A stretch of 63,951 nt of DNA, the filler included, from Reclinomonas americana ATCC 50394 (lineage: Eukaryota): the NCBI GenBank assembly GCA_048213135.1. It is 12 parts of 10 records of this genome, joined end to end, with 100 filler letters (N's around TTAATTAATTAA, not from the genome) between each part and the next. Parts side by side here need not be neighbours in the genome. Positions count along the whole stretch, not along the records: positions 12,141 to 13,182 come from AFZH01016646.1; positions 13,283 to 16,213 come from AFZH01016647.1; positions 16,314 to 39,389 come from AFZH01016648.1; 9 more parts are not named here. One strand, 5' to 3'. A program made the position numbers and the translations under genes. The notes under the pieces were generated by a model that was not told where the DNA came from, searched no databases, and worked only from the letters and a program-made list of their open reading frames with translations. Shown piece after piece: positions 12,497 through 23,639 of the stretch. Numbering within the stretch: the stretch's first letter is position 1; each line of letters opens with the position of its first letter.

Positions 12497-12990
12497 TGAC
12501 CAGCACGTTTGCCACGGCCTTTGTGCAGGCGGCGGATCAGAGTTGCGAAACGAAGATTGGCTGCATTATTCGTGTCTGCATTCTTGTTGGACCTCACTTT
12601 TCATGCTGCCTGCAACAGATCAATGCCGCGGCTGCTATTCCAAGTGCGCGGCCGACGGATATGCTACGATGCAGCAAACGTGCGGCGGCCAGGTCTGTCT
12701 GGAGGCTGCTCGCCAGGTTGGCAATTGCATGTTTGGCTGCCGCGACAGCCCTGCATGCGGTGGTGCCAATGGTTCCGGCCAGTGCCGCGAATGCCAGCAA
12801 CAGTGCGCGATTCCGGTACGTGTGTTCAGCTTCGTGCCCTTAACCTGCTTGCTGCCTGGCCTCACTGTTTCGATTCCAAAAACAGACTGTGTGGTGCTCC
12901 ACCGTCAAGTGCACCGGCCAGATGTGCGACACGTGCCTGTTCCTGACCAGCAAGTGCTTCCAGCGCTGTGGAGATGCATGCGTGGCCTAA
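12141..12990 (+). CDS. Cys-rich, probably secreted protein with 53-aa tandem repeats (5' partial)
   Basis: Repeat QYCLKGQCIDNTVVEHFLATIG(S/N)FSPIGISGPGTLSAGTASASGTCSPACDSN, then exons QCRGCYSKC..CRECQQQCAIP and TVWCSTVKCTGQMCDTCLFLTSKCFQRCGDACVA*. Confidence 0.75.
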
Positions 12991-13306
12991 ATAATCGTGT
13001 TATCAAAGGGCCACGGCGAGGCACACTGCCAGTGAGCGCCTGTGCACGGTACTGATACATAAAAGCGTGCGACTCGCATTCATGCATGCAAGTGCAAATT
13101 TGAGGTGTTGTGAAGCTCCTTTGCAGCACGGCTGGCTAGTGGTACACATGCGCGTGACAAGCAACACCAGCTGGGCAACGCGNNNNNNNNNNNNNNNNNN
13201 NNNNNNNNNNNNNNNNNNNNNNNNNNTTAATTAATTAANNNNNNNNNNNNNNNNNNNNNNNNNNNNNNNNNNNNNNNNNNNNAGATGTTGTGCTGTTATC
13301 CGCAGC

Positions 13307-14288
13307 AGGAACGGATGACGCTCATCGTTGGGTGTACAGGTCGATATGCGACGACAGGCCGTGTACTTTGAGGCGCTCTTCAGGTGTCATGAGTGGCAAG
13401 GCAACGGGAACATTCCGTTGCTCAATGCCCACCACATTGCACTCATCATCCGCCTGTACGATCGTTGCGTGCAACTGCTGCTGCACCGCGAAGAGCGGCT
13501 GTGTACTGATGTCATGCACCACCACGCAGGCGAGTTCTTCCACGGCGCCATGGGCGAGCTCTTTGAGAAGCACCAGTGCCAGCTGTTTGTGCACTGTGTG
13601 GAGGCCATGCCGACGCAGGCTGGTCACTACTGCCGCAACGGCCTGGCGCATCACATTGCCGTGTGCGCGCCAGTCGTGCTGTCGAGCTTTGACGGCTCGA
13701 GCACTGCCAATGCGTTCGCCACCGCCACCACCACCACTGCTGCCGCCGGTGCTACAGCGTCGCCACTGGTCACTGCTGCTGCGCCTGCGTCGGCGTCACC
13801 CGCGGCGTCTGTGATGAAGCAGCGCATGTGGACGGGCGAGTGTGGCTGCGACGACGATGCAGGCTCCGTCACCATGATGGACGACACCGGCGGCATGTGG
13901 GACGACGAGACGCCTCGCACGGAGCCGCTGTACGTGTGTGGCCACGCATGCACGAACAGGCTCGAGGCTCTCTTACTGGTGGTGGAGCACGAACTGGCGC
14001 ACTTGTTGTGCCTGTGCAATCACCAGCACGCCGTCGACAATCTGCACGGACCGGAGTTTGAGGCGGTGGCCTACGCCTTCTTCCGACACTCCAGCTGCAC
14101 ACACCAGCTCAAGACTGGCTGGGACCTGGCCAGCGCCATGACCTCCTTCCCTCGGCAGTCGCGCCCCGAAACCGTGGTCAGCGTCGTCGCCTACGACTAC
14201 CAGAGGTGCGGTGTCCATTCGCTCCGCCACTGTGGTCTGTCCCATCCTCACTGTCTTGTGCAACAGGTACCGCCAACTGGCACCATGA
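13307..14288 (+). CDS. SprT-like zinc metallopeptidase (HExxH), bacterial-type; 5' partial
   Basis: LYD-REFFHG after removing intron 13464-13529; CTNRLEALLLVVEHELAHLL..HGPEFEAVAYAFFRHSSCTHQL. Confidence 0.8.
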
Positions 14289-14425
14289 ACGTGGCCACCG
14301 CTGCCGCACCGATTTTGTTGTCCATCCCCCTATAGCTACATGTACAGATGTTTGCTTTTGTTTTGTCTCGCTCTGCTGCCTGTCACATGAATACAATGAA
14401 CAGACATGCGTTGTTTGCACTAATC

Positions 14426-15108
14426 TCATGAGGGCGCTGGCGCGTCGCTGTCGAGTCGCTTGCCGTTCAGCATGACAACAATCTCATCGTCCACACGCTG
14501 CTCCACTTCCTCCCGATGGCCCAGCGACAGTGTCCTCCGTTTTCTCCGCGTCGCCGGCGACACTCCCGGCACCAGCTGCTTCGCCACATTGTTCAACTGC
14601 ACTACCGTGTGACACACACAAAACATACGTGGCAGACGTACACTGTATACACACACCTCAAACGCCGTCATCCGCCCACTCTCCGGCTCCATGGTGACCA
14701 ACACCAGCGGCAGAGTCGATCGCTGCGCGTGCGATCTCGCATCGGCAGTGTACCCGGCCGCACTGACAAACACTCCCAACACCGCCTGCTGCTGCGTGGC
14801 CAGCACGCCCTCCATCTCGCGCAAGTGTTTGGCACCCAACTGTGCGCCTGTGTGACGACACTGCACGAGCACTGGCACGTGATCGTTTGCACACAGATGC
14901 CAGTGGCCGCGCAGATCCACACCACCGTCGTATGCACCTCCGCAACGTTCGACTTGGAAGCGAAGGCGATGAAGGACCTGTGCGTGTGCGTGAGAAAGAA
15001 ATGTAGAGTGAGGATGATTGCATTCCGACTTCATGCCTTTTCTGTGGTTTCCTCGAAGCGGGTGCCGCGGTGCACAAAGGAGAACAGGCGTCGATAGAGC
15101 AGTTGCAT
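14426..15108 (-). CDS. RRG7: RRG7/DUF2034-like mitochondrial PD-(D/E)xK restriction-endonuclease-fold protein
   Basis: MQLLYRRLFS presequence-like start; RGTRFEE; GGAYDGGVDLRGHW; VLVQCR; LREMEGV; GVFVSAAGYT. Confidence 0.8.
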
Positions 15109-15194
15109 CCTCCTTGTCTCTCTCAACACACGTCGGAAAAATGATCGACCGCCAATGGACGAACACCTGAGAAACTCGCTGTGTTCATTTAGAG

Positions 15195-18100
15195 TCACCC
15201 ATCGAGGGAGGATGCCAGGTTGGCATTCCACAGCGGACGCGATCGAATCGACGGTTCTCTGGATCTGCGTGTCTCGTCGCCATCGTCGTCAGTTTCCTTC
15301 TCTCGCGGAGAAGCGGCAGCTCGTGCTGTTTGTTTTTCGGTCAACAGGTTAGTTGCCTCTGCATCCACCATCCACATGCACAGGTAAGCAGAAAGTACAG
15401 TACCTGCGGACGCGGGCGGGGCCGGGGGCGCGGACGGCTCAGCATCTGCAATTCACAGTTGGGGGGTGTCTTCATCGCACGTGCACGTGCACAACCGAAC
15501 CTTGATCAAAATCCGCTTGCCACGGAGCCGGAGGTGCAGATGGAGGGGGCTGCCCCACCTCTCGCGAGCGAGATTCGTGCGCTTGATACTCAATTGAAGG
15601 TCGAAGATCGCCTGTGACTGTGTGCGTGTAAGAGTGCAAACGCTATTGCCAGACAAGCGGTGTGTCCACCCACTCACCATCGGCATCCTCCTCATCGCCG
15701 TGAATAAGCAGCATACGATTCTCCTCCACCGCTTCGGCATTGATGTTACCGACAATCACGTTCTGAGGCCGACGCAGAGCCACGTGACGGCGCCATCGCA
15801 CCAGCAGCCACACGACTAGCGCCACCAATGCGACGCCTGCAGCACACGAAACCCCAATCACAATCCACTTCCACACCGGAGGCGACGGTATTGGTGGATC
15901 AGGTCCAGGTCCTCCACCGGTCGTCAACACACGCAAGTTGGCCGACGGGATCGACTGGCCGTACGAGTTGACAGCGCGCACGTTCACCACATACGGCGTG
16001 CCAGGCTGCAGGTTCGCCTGAGTGAACGTGTAGTTGGCACGCGATGACGACGACGACGTCGACTCGGTGGCGTTCTTGTAGCTGACAATCACGTTGCCAC
16101 CGCTCTCTGGAAATACCTGGATCTGGTAGCTGGTGATCAGACCGAGACCAGTGTACACCGGGGTCGAGAAGTTGATGGTGATTGTCGTGTCAGACACAGC
16201 ACCCTGAGTTGGCNNNNNNNNNNNNNNNNNNNNNNNNNNNNNNNNNNNNNNNNNNNNTTAATTAATTAANNNNNNNNNNNNNNNNNNNNNNNNNNNNNNN
16301 NNNNNNNNNNNNNCCCAGTTGGTGGCGTTGAGCCAGAAGCGGTAGAAGTTGCCGTTCACCACCGTCACAGATGCCCTGGTGTCGATGGGACCCAACGCCA
16401 CCGTCGGGTTCGACGCAGTCGTGCCCGACGTGCCAGTCAGAGCCTGGTTAGAGATGGCAGTCGACGCGCCAGTGGCAGTCGTCCACGTGAACGCAATCGC
16501 CGTGCCAGTGTTGCTGGTCACCGCAAAGTTGGTCTGGTCGTTCGGCACCTGGCCCGTCAGCACGTTGTTGTTGAGGCCGTTACCGATGATACCATCACCG
16601 AAGGTGGCCTGAGTAGTCGACGTGCCAATGCCGTTGATGCCGCGCACATCGATAAAGTAGTTGGTGGCGTCAGTGAGGCCGCGGATCACAGCCTGCTGCA
16701 CCGAGGTGGTGTTCTGGGTCAGCGTGCTGGCCATAGCCGCGCGCCACGACACCTGCCACTGGTTCACGAACCCCTGGCCGCCAGTCTCCTGCGGCTGTCC
16801 CCAGCTGAGCCAGATCGAGGTCGAGCGCTTGAGCAGAAGGTTCGACGACAGCGACGTGATGCCGCTCGGGCGCACAGGCGACGTGGCCGTGGTGATGGTG
16901 ATGGCCGACGCAGACCAGGCAGTCTGGTAGCCGTTGAACGACGACACGCCAATGCGGTACTTGGTGTTGGAGGTCAGGCCATTCACCAGCAGCGACGAGG
17001 TGGTCGAGCCGAGCGAGCCAGTGAGCTGGGTCACAAACGAGTCCGGCACAAAAGTGGTCGAGGTGACGTTGGTCAGGTTCTGCACCAGCACCTGCACGCC
17101 GACAAAGTTCGCGAAGCCGTCCGAGGTGGCCAGCAAGTACTGCGTGCCGATCGCCGTCGACGGGGTCGACAGCGTGAAGGTGGCGTAGCCGGAGCCAGTC
17201 GTGCCAGCCGAGCCGCCAGTGGTTAGAGCCGGCAGCGGGTACGGGCGCACAATCGAGTTGGCAATCTGCGACAGAGTGCCCGACTGAGCACCGCTCTGCG
17301 TCGAGGTCACACCAGTGTCCGAGCGGGTGTTGGTGGCCTGCACGGCGTAGGTGTACGACTTGCCCGGAATGGTCGGGAAGTTGAAGTTGGTGGTCGTGGT
17401 CGTCCACGTGTAGGTGCGGTTGCAGTTGCTGGTGTTCTGCGTCACAATGTAGCCATTGATCGAAGAGCCACCAATGCCAATCGGCGACGTCCACGAGATG
17501 CTGGTGATGGTGTCCTGGTAGCAGTTGCCAGAGAAGCCCACACCGAGGGTACCAGCCACGAAAGCGCATCCGGCGCTCGAGTTGGTGCCCTGCGAGTTCG
17601 CAATACCAGCAGCCAGCGTCGGGGCGGCCGGGGCGATCGGTGCGTCATCTGTGTGGTGGAAAAGGGAACAGGTGGATGAGATACTGATATTCAAAACAAG
17701 CAGATGGTTCCCTGTCTATCTCCCCCTATCCCCTCTCCTGTCCTCTTTCTTTCCCCTTTCCTTTCCCCCTTTCACGCAACTAGTGTTGTGAGTGGTCTGC
17801 GTGATCGGGCCAGCAGCCGTGGCCGAGTTGGTCGACGTGGCAGTGGCGTACACCTGGTACGTGTACGACGTGTTGGCCGTCAGCGTCGTGTCGGCAGTGT
17901 AAGCGGCGGTGGTCGCCCAGCCAGCCGGCAGGGTCACCGTGCCCACAGACACCGGGGTCGCGCTGCCCTGGCCGCGGAAGATCGTGAACACCGTCACCGC
18001 GTTGGTGCCAAAGTTCTGCGGAATCGTCCACTGCAGGGAGATGTTGGTGAGGCCGTACTGCGTCACGACCAGGCTGGTCGGCGGGTTCGGCACGACACCG

Positions 18101-21100
18101 GTGGCAGCCGGAGTGGTGAAGTTGATGGCAGTGCTGAACACGCACGTCACCGGGTTGGCGGTGGTGCCAGCCGGGTTGAAGGGCGACGTCGGGAAGGCAA
18201 TCGAGAACTGGTTGCTGGCGCAGATCTGCAGGTTGACCGAGGTGCCAGCCGGCAGGCTAGTCACGTCAATGTAGTAGGTCGACAGGTTGGCGTTCCACGA
18301 TCCAGTGCCAGTGCCGTTGGTGGTCGGGATGGAGCTGGTGTCAATGTTGACGGCAAGGCCTGCAGTGGCCGCAGTCACCGACGAGGCGCTGGTGGTCGAG
18401 TACACCACACGGTAGGCGCTCACGTTCGGAGTCGGCGTCGTCACGTTGCCTTGCGTGGCGCTCGAGGTGGCAGTGTTGGAGCCGCCGACGCTGATCGGGG
18501 TCGAGAAGTTGAGGCGCACGCCAGTCGAGAACAGGCGCGAGTACGCCACACCAGTGGGCGCAGCCGGCACGGAGCCGTTGTTGTCGGTGGTGGCCTGGAG
18601 GGAGCCGGCCGCCGAGGCAGTGGTGTTGTTGTTCACAGTGACGCGGATCTTGGTCGTGTACTGCGTGGCAGCCACAAAGTTGTTGGTGGTGCCGCTCACA
18701 GTGAAGCCGGTGATCTGCTGGTAGAAGCCAGAGTTGTACGAGAACAGGCCGAAGAACGAGGTGGCGAGAGTGCCAGTGCCAGTCGCGCCAGTGGTGATGG
18801 CAGGCTGGTCAGTGCTGGCGTTGGTCACCGTGTAGGCGACGCCCGGCGGAAGGGCAGTGTCACCCGTGCCAAAGGTGGCCGGGTAGTTGAAGGCGACGAC
18901 AAACGACGTCGAGGTGACCTGGTCCACAGAGCCAGTGTACGGGGCGACCGTGTAGCCAGTCGGCGTGGCCGGCGCACCGGACGCCAGAGTCACAGTCACG
19001 GCGGTCGAGAAGGTCAGGTTGGCACCGTTGTCACCCGGAGTGCCGCTGCCGTTGTTGTAGGCAGTCGAGATGGCGCAGCTGGTGCCAGTCAGGCCAGTGA
19101 CCTTGACGAGCACACGGTTGCGCGACAGACCAGAGCTGCCGGCCGGGATGCCGAAGTCGGTCAGATCGGCAATAGTGGCTACCACCGTCACCGCACCGGT
19201 GCCGCAGTCCGACTTGACGTACCACGAGGCAGCGCCAATCACACCCACGTTGGCCGCCACACCCTCCCACTCCACCCACGTCGAGGTCGATGTGACGTAG
19301 CGCAGGTTGGACGACAGCGTCGGCGCCGCAGTCGACACCTTGGTGGCATCCGAGCCGCTGGTGGTCAGAGTGCCGCTCCAGGCCGCAGCCGAGCGGTTCA
19401 CCTGCGACTCAGTCCACACGTTGATGGTGTAGCCCTGGCCAGTGGAGGCGTTGGCGGCGGCAAGAGTGGCCAGAGTCACACCGCGCCACGCGTTGGACGA
19501 GACGTTGGTCTTGGTGACAGTGGTGGGGCCAGCGTCGCCGACCAAGAACGCGCGGTAGGCAGTGGTGCCGGTGGCGAGGTTGGTGGTCTGCAGTACGGTG
19601 ATGGTGGTGTCAATGTCCTGGAAGGTGCTGGCAGTGGCACCGACGGCAGAGTTGGAGGAGAGACCGCCCTGGCCGACTAGGTCAGTCGGCAGCTGCAGCC
19701 AGATGGTGGCCTGGGTGCTGCCAATGTAGTAGATGGCGTTGGAGCTGGCGGTGGTGACCTGAGCACGGTCTATTTTGAGGGAAGGAAGTAGGAAGTGTGA
19801 GCTCACCAATGGTGAGAAAAATGAATGAGAGAAAAGAGAAAGTGGGCGGTGCGCAACTGGTGGCAGTCCAGAAGTTGGTGCCAGTCGGTGAGGCGGGGTA
19901 AGACGAGTTCGTGCTGGCCGCATTCCTGACGGAGAATCTAACTTGTGGGAAGTACTGACGGCCGGGAAGGAGGCCGGAGAGGGTGACCTGCCAGCCGTCG
20001 AGGTGGCCAGTGGCCGGCTGGTCGTTGTTGGCCGTGGTGGTTAGGCCCGACAAGACAAAGACACCACGCACGAAGGCAGAGCCAGTGGCAGTAAACGCGT
20101 AGACGCTGGCGGCAGACGAGGCGTTGACGTTGGCCTGGTTAGCAACGTACTGCGCCTGGGCGGCGGTCAAGGTGATGACGAACGTCAGCGAGGTGTCGGT
20201 GATGTCGATGACGGTGATAGAGTTGGCAGTAGCGAGTTCGCCAGCGTTGCTGCCAGCACCGGAGGGAGTAACTGCCGTGGTGACGGCGGTGACGGTGGCA
20301 GAGTACGCGGTGCCACCGGCAATGAGATCAGGAGGCAGGGAGAGGTGAAGAACATCGCCAATATGATAGTCCTGCCCGGGTGCACCGTTGAGCGCTGACG
20401 CTGCACCACTGTGGTCAACAGTAATCAGCAGCGTTGCACCCGCACCACTACCACTGGTCGTCGTGGGCACATTGTTGTACAAGCTTGATGTACCGTACCC
20501 AGTACCACCGGTGGAGTTACTCAGCGTTGCAATTGCACCACCGGTAACCGAAGCAACCTTCACCGTAATCTGATCGCCAACGGCCGGAGTCGGCAAGTAG
20601 GCGCTCCCACTTTTACAGCCTCCCCCGCCGCCCAGAATTCTGAATGTGTCATTCATCGCGTAGCCAGAGCCACCGCTGTTGATGGTGACGGCGGTGATGG
20701 TGCCGGTCGGAGAAACAACGACATCGACCGTCGCATTAACACCAGTGCCAGTAACGGCAGTGGTGGCACAACCGACGTATTTCTTGCTGAAGCTGTCGCT
20801 TCCGGCAGTTACAATCAATGATGCAACACCGTCTAAAGTGGCATTCGATTGCGTGGCACTTGCGGAACAACAGTAGAGGCGCGCAGAGGCCCCACCACTC
20901 ACCAATGTCCAACTCACACCAAATGTAGTGGTCGTTGTCGGCGTGGTTCCACGGATCGCCACCAAGAATTTGGAAGCACTCAGTGCAGTCGTCGCCGTGT
21001 TTCCATCAAGATAAGCAAAATCCACGGCCACCACTCCATTGTTGCCAGCAGTTGTACCGGCGACGAAGCCCATGGCGTTTACACCACCAATAGCAGTACC

Positions 21101-23092
21101 AGTGGTTGCAGTCGCCACCACACCACGCTGCTGCGGCGAGCCGGCGTACAGAACGACGAAATTGACACCAACAGTGACAAATGCATTGATGGAAGTTACT
21201 GCATTTCCAGCACGGTCATACCAGACAGCGCTTCGGGGCGCCGTCACACCGAGGGAGGATATTGCCGTCACAGAAGCTCTTCCAACGGCGGCACCAGAAA
21301 TGGACGTTGCCACAAGATTAACAGTTCCGACACCGCCATCGCCAGGGAGAGAATGCGAAAAGGTCATCGTACCAGTGAGGTCACTGGGGCCCATCGACAC
21401 GGTGCCCACAGCACCAGCGACGCCATTGGCAGAGAACGTGTACGGTGCCACACCAAAGCCACCACCACCAATGGTTGTGGCAGCAAACAGGCTACCCAGG
21501 CAGTTGGTGATCGTGCTGCCAGTCACCGACCAGCAGGCTACCAGGGTCTGAGCCGGCAACACCGGGCTGGCATCGGCGGCAGTCAGAGTGATTTCGAGAT
21601 GCGAGGCAACGTCGAGAGCAGCAGTGCCATCACCATTGGCGTTCTGCGCAGTCACGCGGATGCGGTACTTGGTGATGTTGGTCGAAGACAGCTTCGAGAT
21701 TAGAATGTGACCACCAGACAAACGTCCGAAGGCGCTGTCGTAAGCCGGCGTGCCAGTGAACGAGGTGGAAGAAAAGGCGTTGAACAGAACAGTGCCGCCG
21801 TTGGCGGAGGCCGCAGCCTCCACCTTGAAGCTGGCGATGGCACCGCCAGTCAGCTGCGGGCTCGTCCACGAGATCAGACCGCCGTCAGAAGCAGCCGCCA
21901 CCAGGGTCGGGATTGTGACCTTGTCCGGAGACTGCTTGCCGTCCTGGGTGGTCACCGTGGCGGTCTGCGAGGAAGGAGAAGGAGAAGAGGGAGGGTGAAC
22001 AGCGTGCAAAACCGAAAGACGAAAAGAGAGACGCAACAATGCTCCACGGGCCAAAACCCCACTGGCCCACAGCACGCACGCGCACACCGTAGCGAGTGCT
22101 TGGTCGCAGAATTCCATGGGAGGCGATTGCGCCAGTGCCCGACACCACGCACGACTGCTGCGAGAACGGGCCAGAGGTGAACGGGTTAATGGCCGCGTTG
22201 GCGTTGTTGCCGTTGATGGTCTCGGAGAAGAAGGTCACCGGAGTCCAGGCGATCAGCGAGTTGTTGGAATGACTGTAGATCTGCACCTGGAAGAAAGGGC
22301 TTTGCAGCTGGTTGAAGTTCGGGTTTCCAGAGCCAGTGGCGCCAGTCTGGCCGAGCTTGATTGGCGGGTAGAACGACAGCACGAACGAGGTGGCCGACCT
22401 GTAATTGATGGACAGGTTGGTCGGCTGGCGCGGGGTGCCGCTGAGTGGCACAGTCACGACCTGCGATGAGGTGCGGACGCCCTCACCGTACGCGTTGACC
22501 GCGTAGGCCTGTGGGTGGGGGAAAGTGACGCGACGAGGGGGGAAGAGGAGGGAAGGAGGGAGGGAACGCAACAGCGATGGTGTACTGCACACCCTCCTGG
22601 ATGTTCTGGTCAAAGTAGCGCAGAATCATGCCGTAGCAGCCGTAACCACTATACCATGGACCTCCGTTGGCCGTAATGGCGTTGACCGACATGCACTGTT
22701 GAGGGAGGAGAGGGGAGGAGAGACGGTGGTGATCAGAGGAGAGAGGAGAGAGAGGAACACGGAGGAGAAGAAAACGCAACAGTGTACTTGGTGGTACCAC
22801 CAGTGCTGGCCACGTCGACACCAAACTCCAAGGGCAACGCGTTGCCCTGGTTGACGGGGTTGGTCCAGTTGACCCAGATGGCCGACTGAGAGCCAGTAGG
22901 GAAGGAGGTGTCGAGGTCTGTGGGAGAGAGAGAAGGGAGGGAGGGAGAGAGAGAGGGAGAAAGTGAGAGAGGGAGGAGGTGTGCACACAACAAAGCAAAT
23001 GCGACAGCGACAAAGATGAAGAGATACAGCGAGATAGAGAAGACTGGAGAGAGTTGGAAGCAAGAAGACAGCTGAGAAGAAAGAATACACAG

Positions 23093-23143
<51 letters not shown>

Positions 23144-23368
23144 CACCATCCTCGCCCACGGCCTTGATGATCTGGAACTGCTCTGGTGCCGCTGAGCTTC
23201 CAGGAGCATAGAGCTCGCTGGCGAGGGCGAGTGGAACTGAGGCAAGAGCTGCGTGCGTGAGAGAGTGGCATGTTATTCAATGTGAATGATGGATGACTCA
23301 CGCAGCAGGAGCACTAGTGCCACAATGACCGCAAGTGACACGAGGTTCTGAGTGGGTAGCGACGGCAT
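15195..23368 (-). CDS. Giant (>2000 aa) type-I surface protein with multiple fibronectin type III repeats, one TM helix and a short cytoplasmic tail
   Basis: Signal peptide MPSLPTQNLVSLAVIVALVLLL-PLAS; FN3 signatures (ISLQWTIP..YTYQVYA; LQPGTPYVVNVRAVNSYG; GLTDATNYFIDVRGINGIG; LRPSTRYGVRVRAVGQWG); TM WIVIGVSCAAGVALVALVVWLLV; three small tail exons ending NLASSLDG*. Confidence 0.88.
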
Positions 23369-23639
23369 TGCACAATGCTACACTCGTTCCCGGCACCTAC
23401 GCATGTACGTGGAGAGAGAACGAATCCAAGACGTCCTGCGAACACTCAAAACACGGCAAGAAAATTGTTCCGAACAATCCTTGACGCTGCCTCTGCCGAT
23501 CGAGCTGTCTTCTTCTTCTTCTTCTTCTCTGTCTACCTCTCTCTCTCTCTCTCTCAACAACTGCATGTTGACTTTGGAAACAGTTTCCAATCTTACACTC
23601 CTCCAAATTCTTCTTTTCCCCCACGACCACGACTCTGTC

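Noticed and set aside
17704..19680. 658-aa ORF on the + strand (and other long antisense ORFs such as 6228-7172 and 20849-21703)
   Set aside because: Shadows of strongly codon-biased genes on the opposite strand; Arg/Gly-rich with no domain signal.
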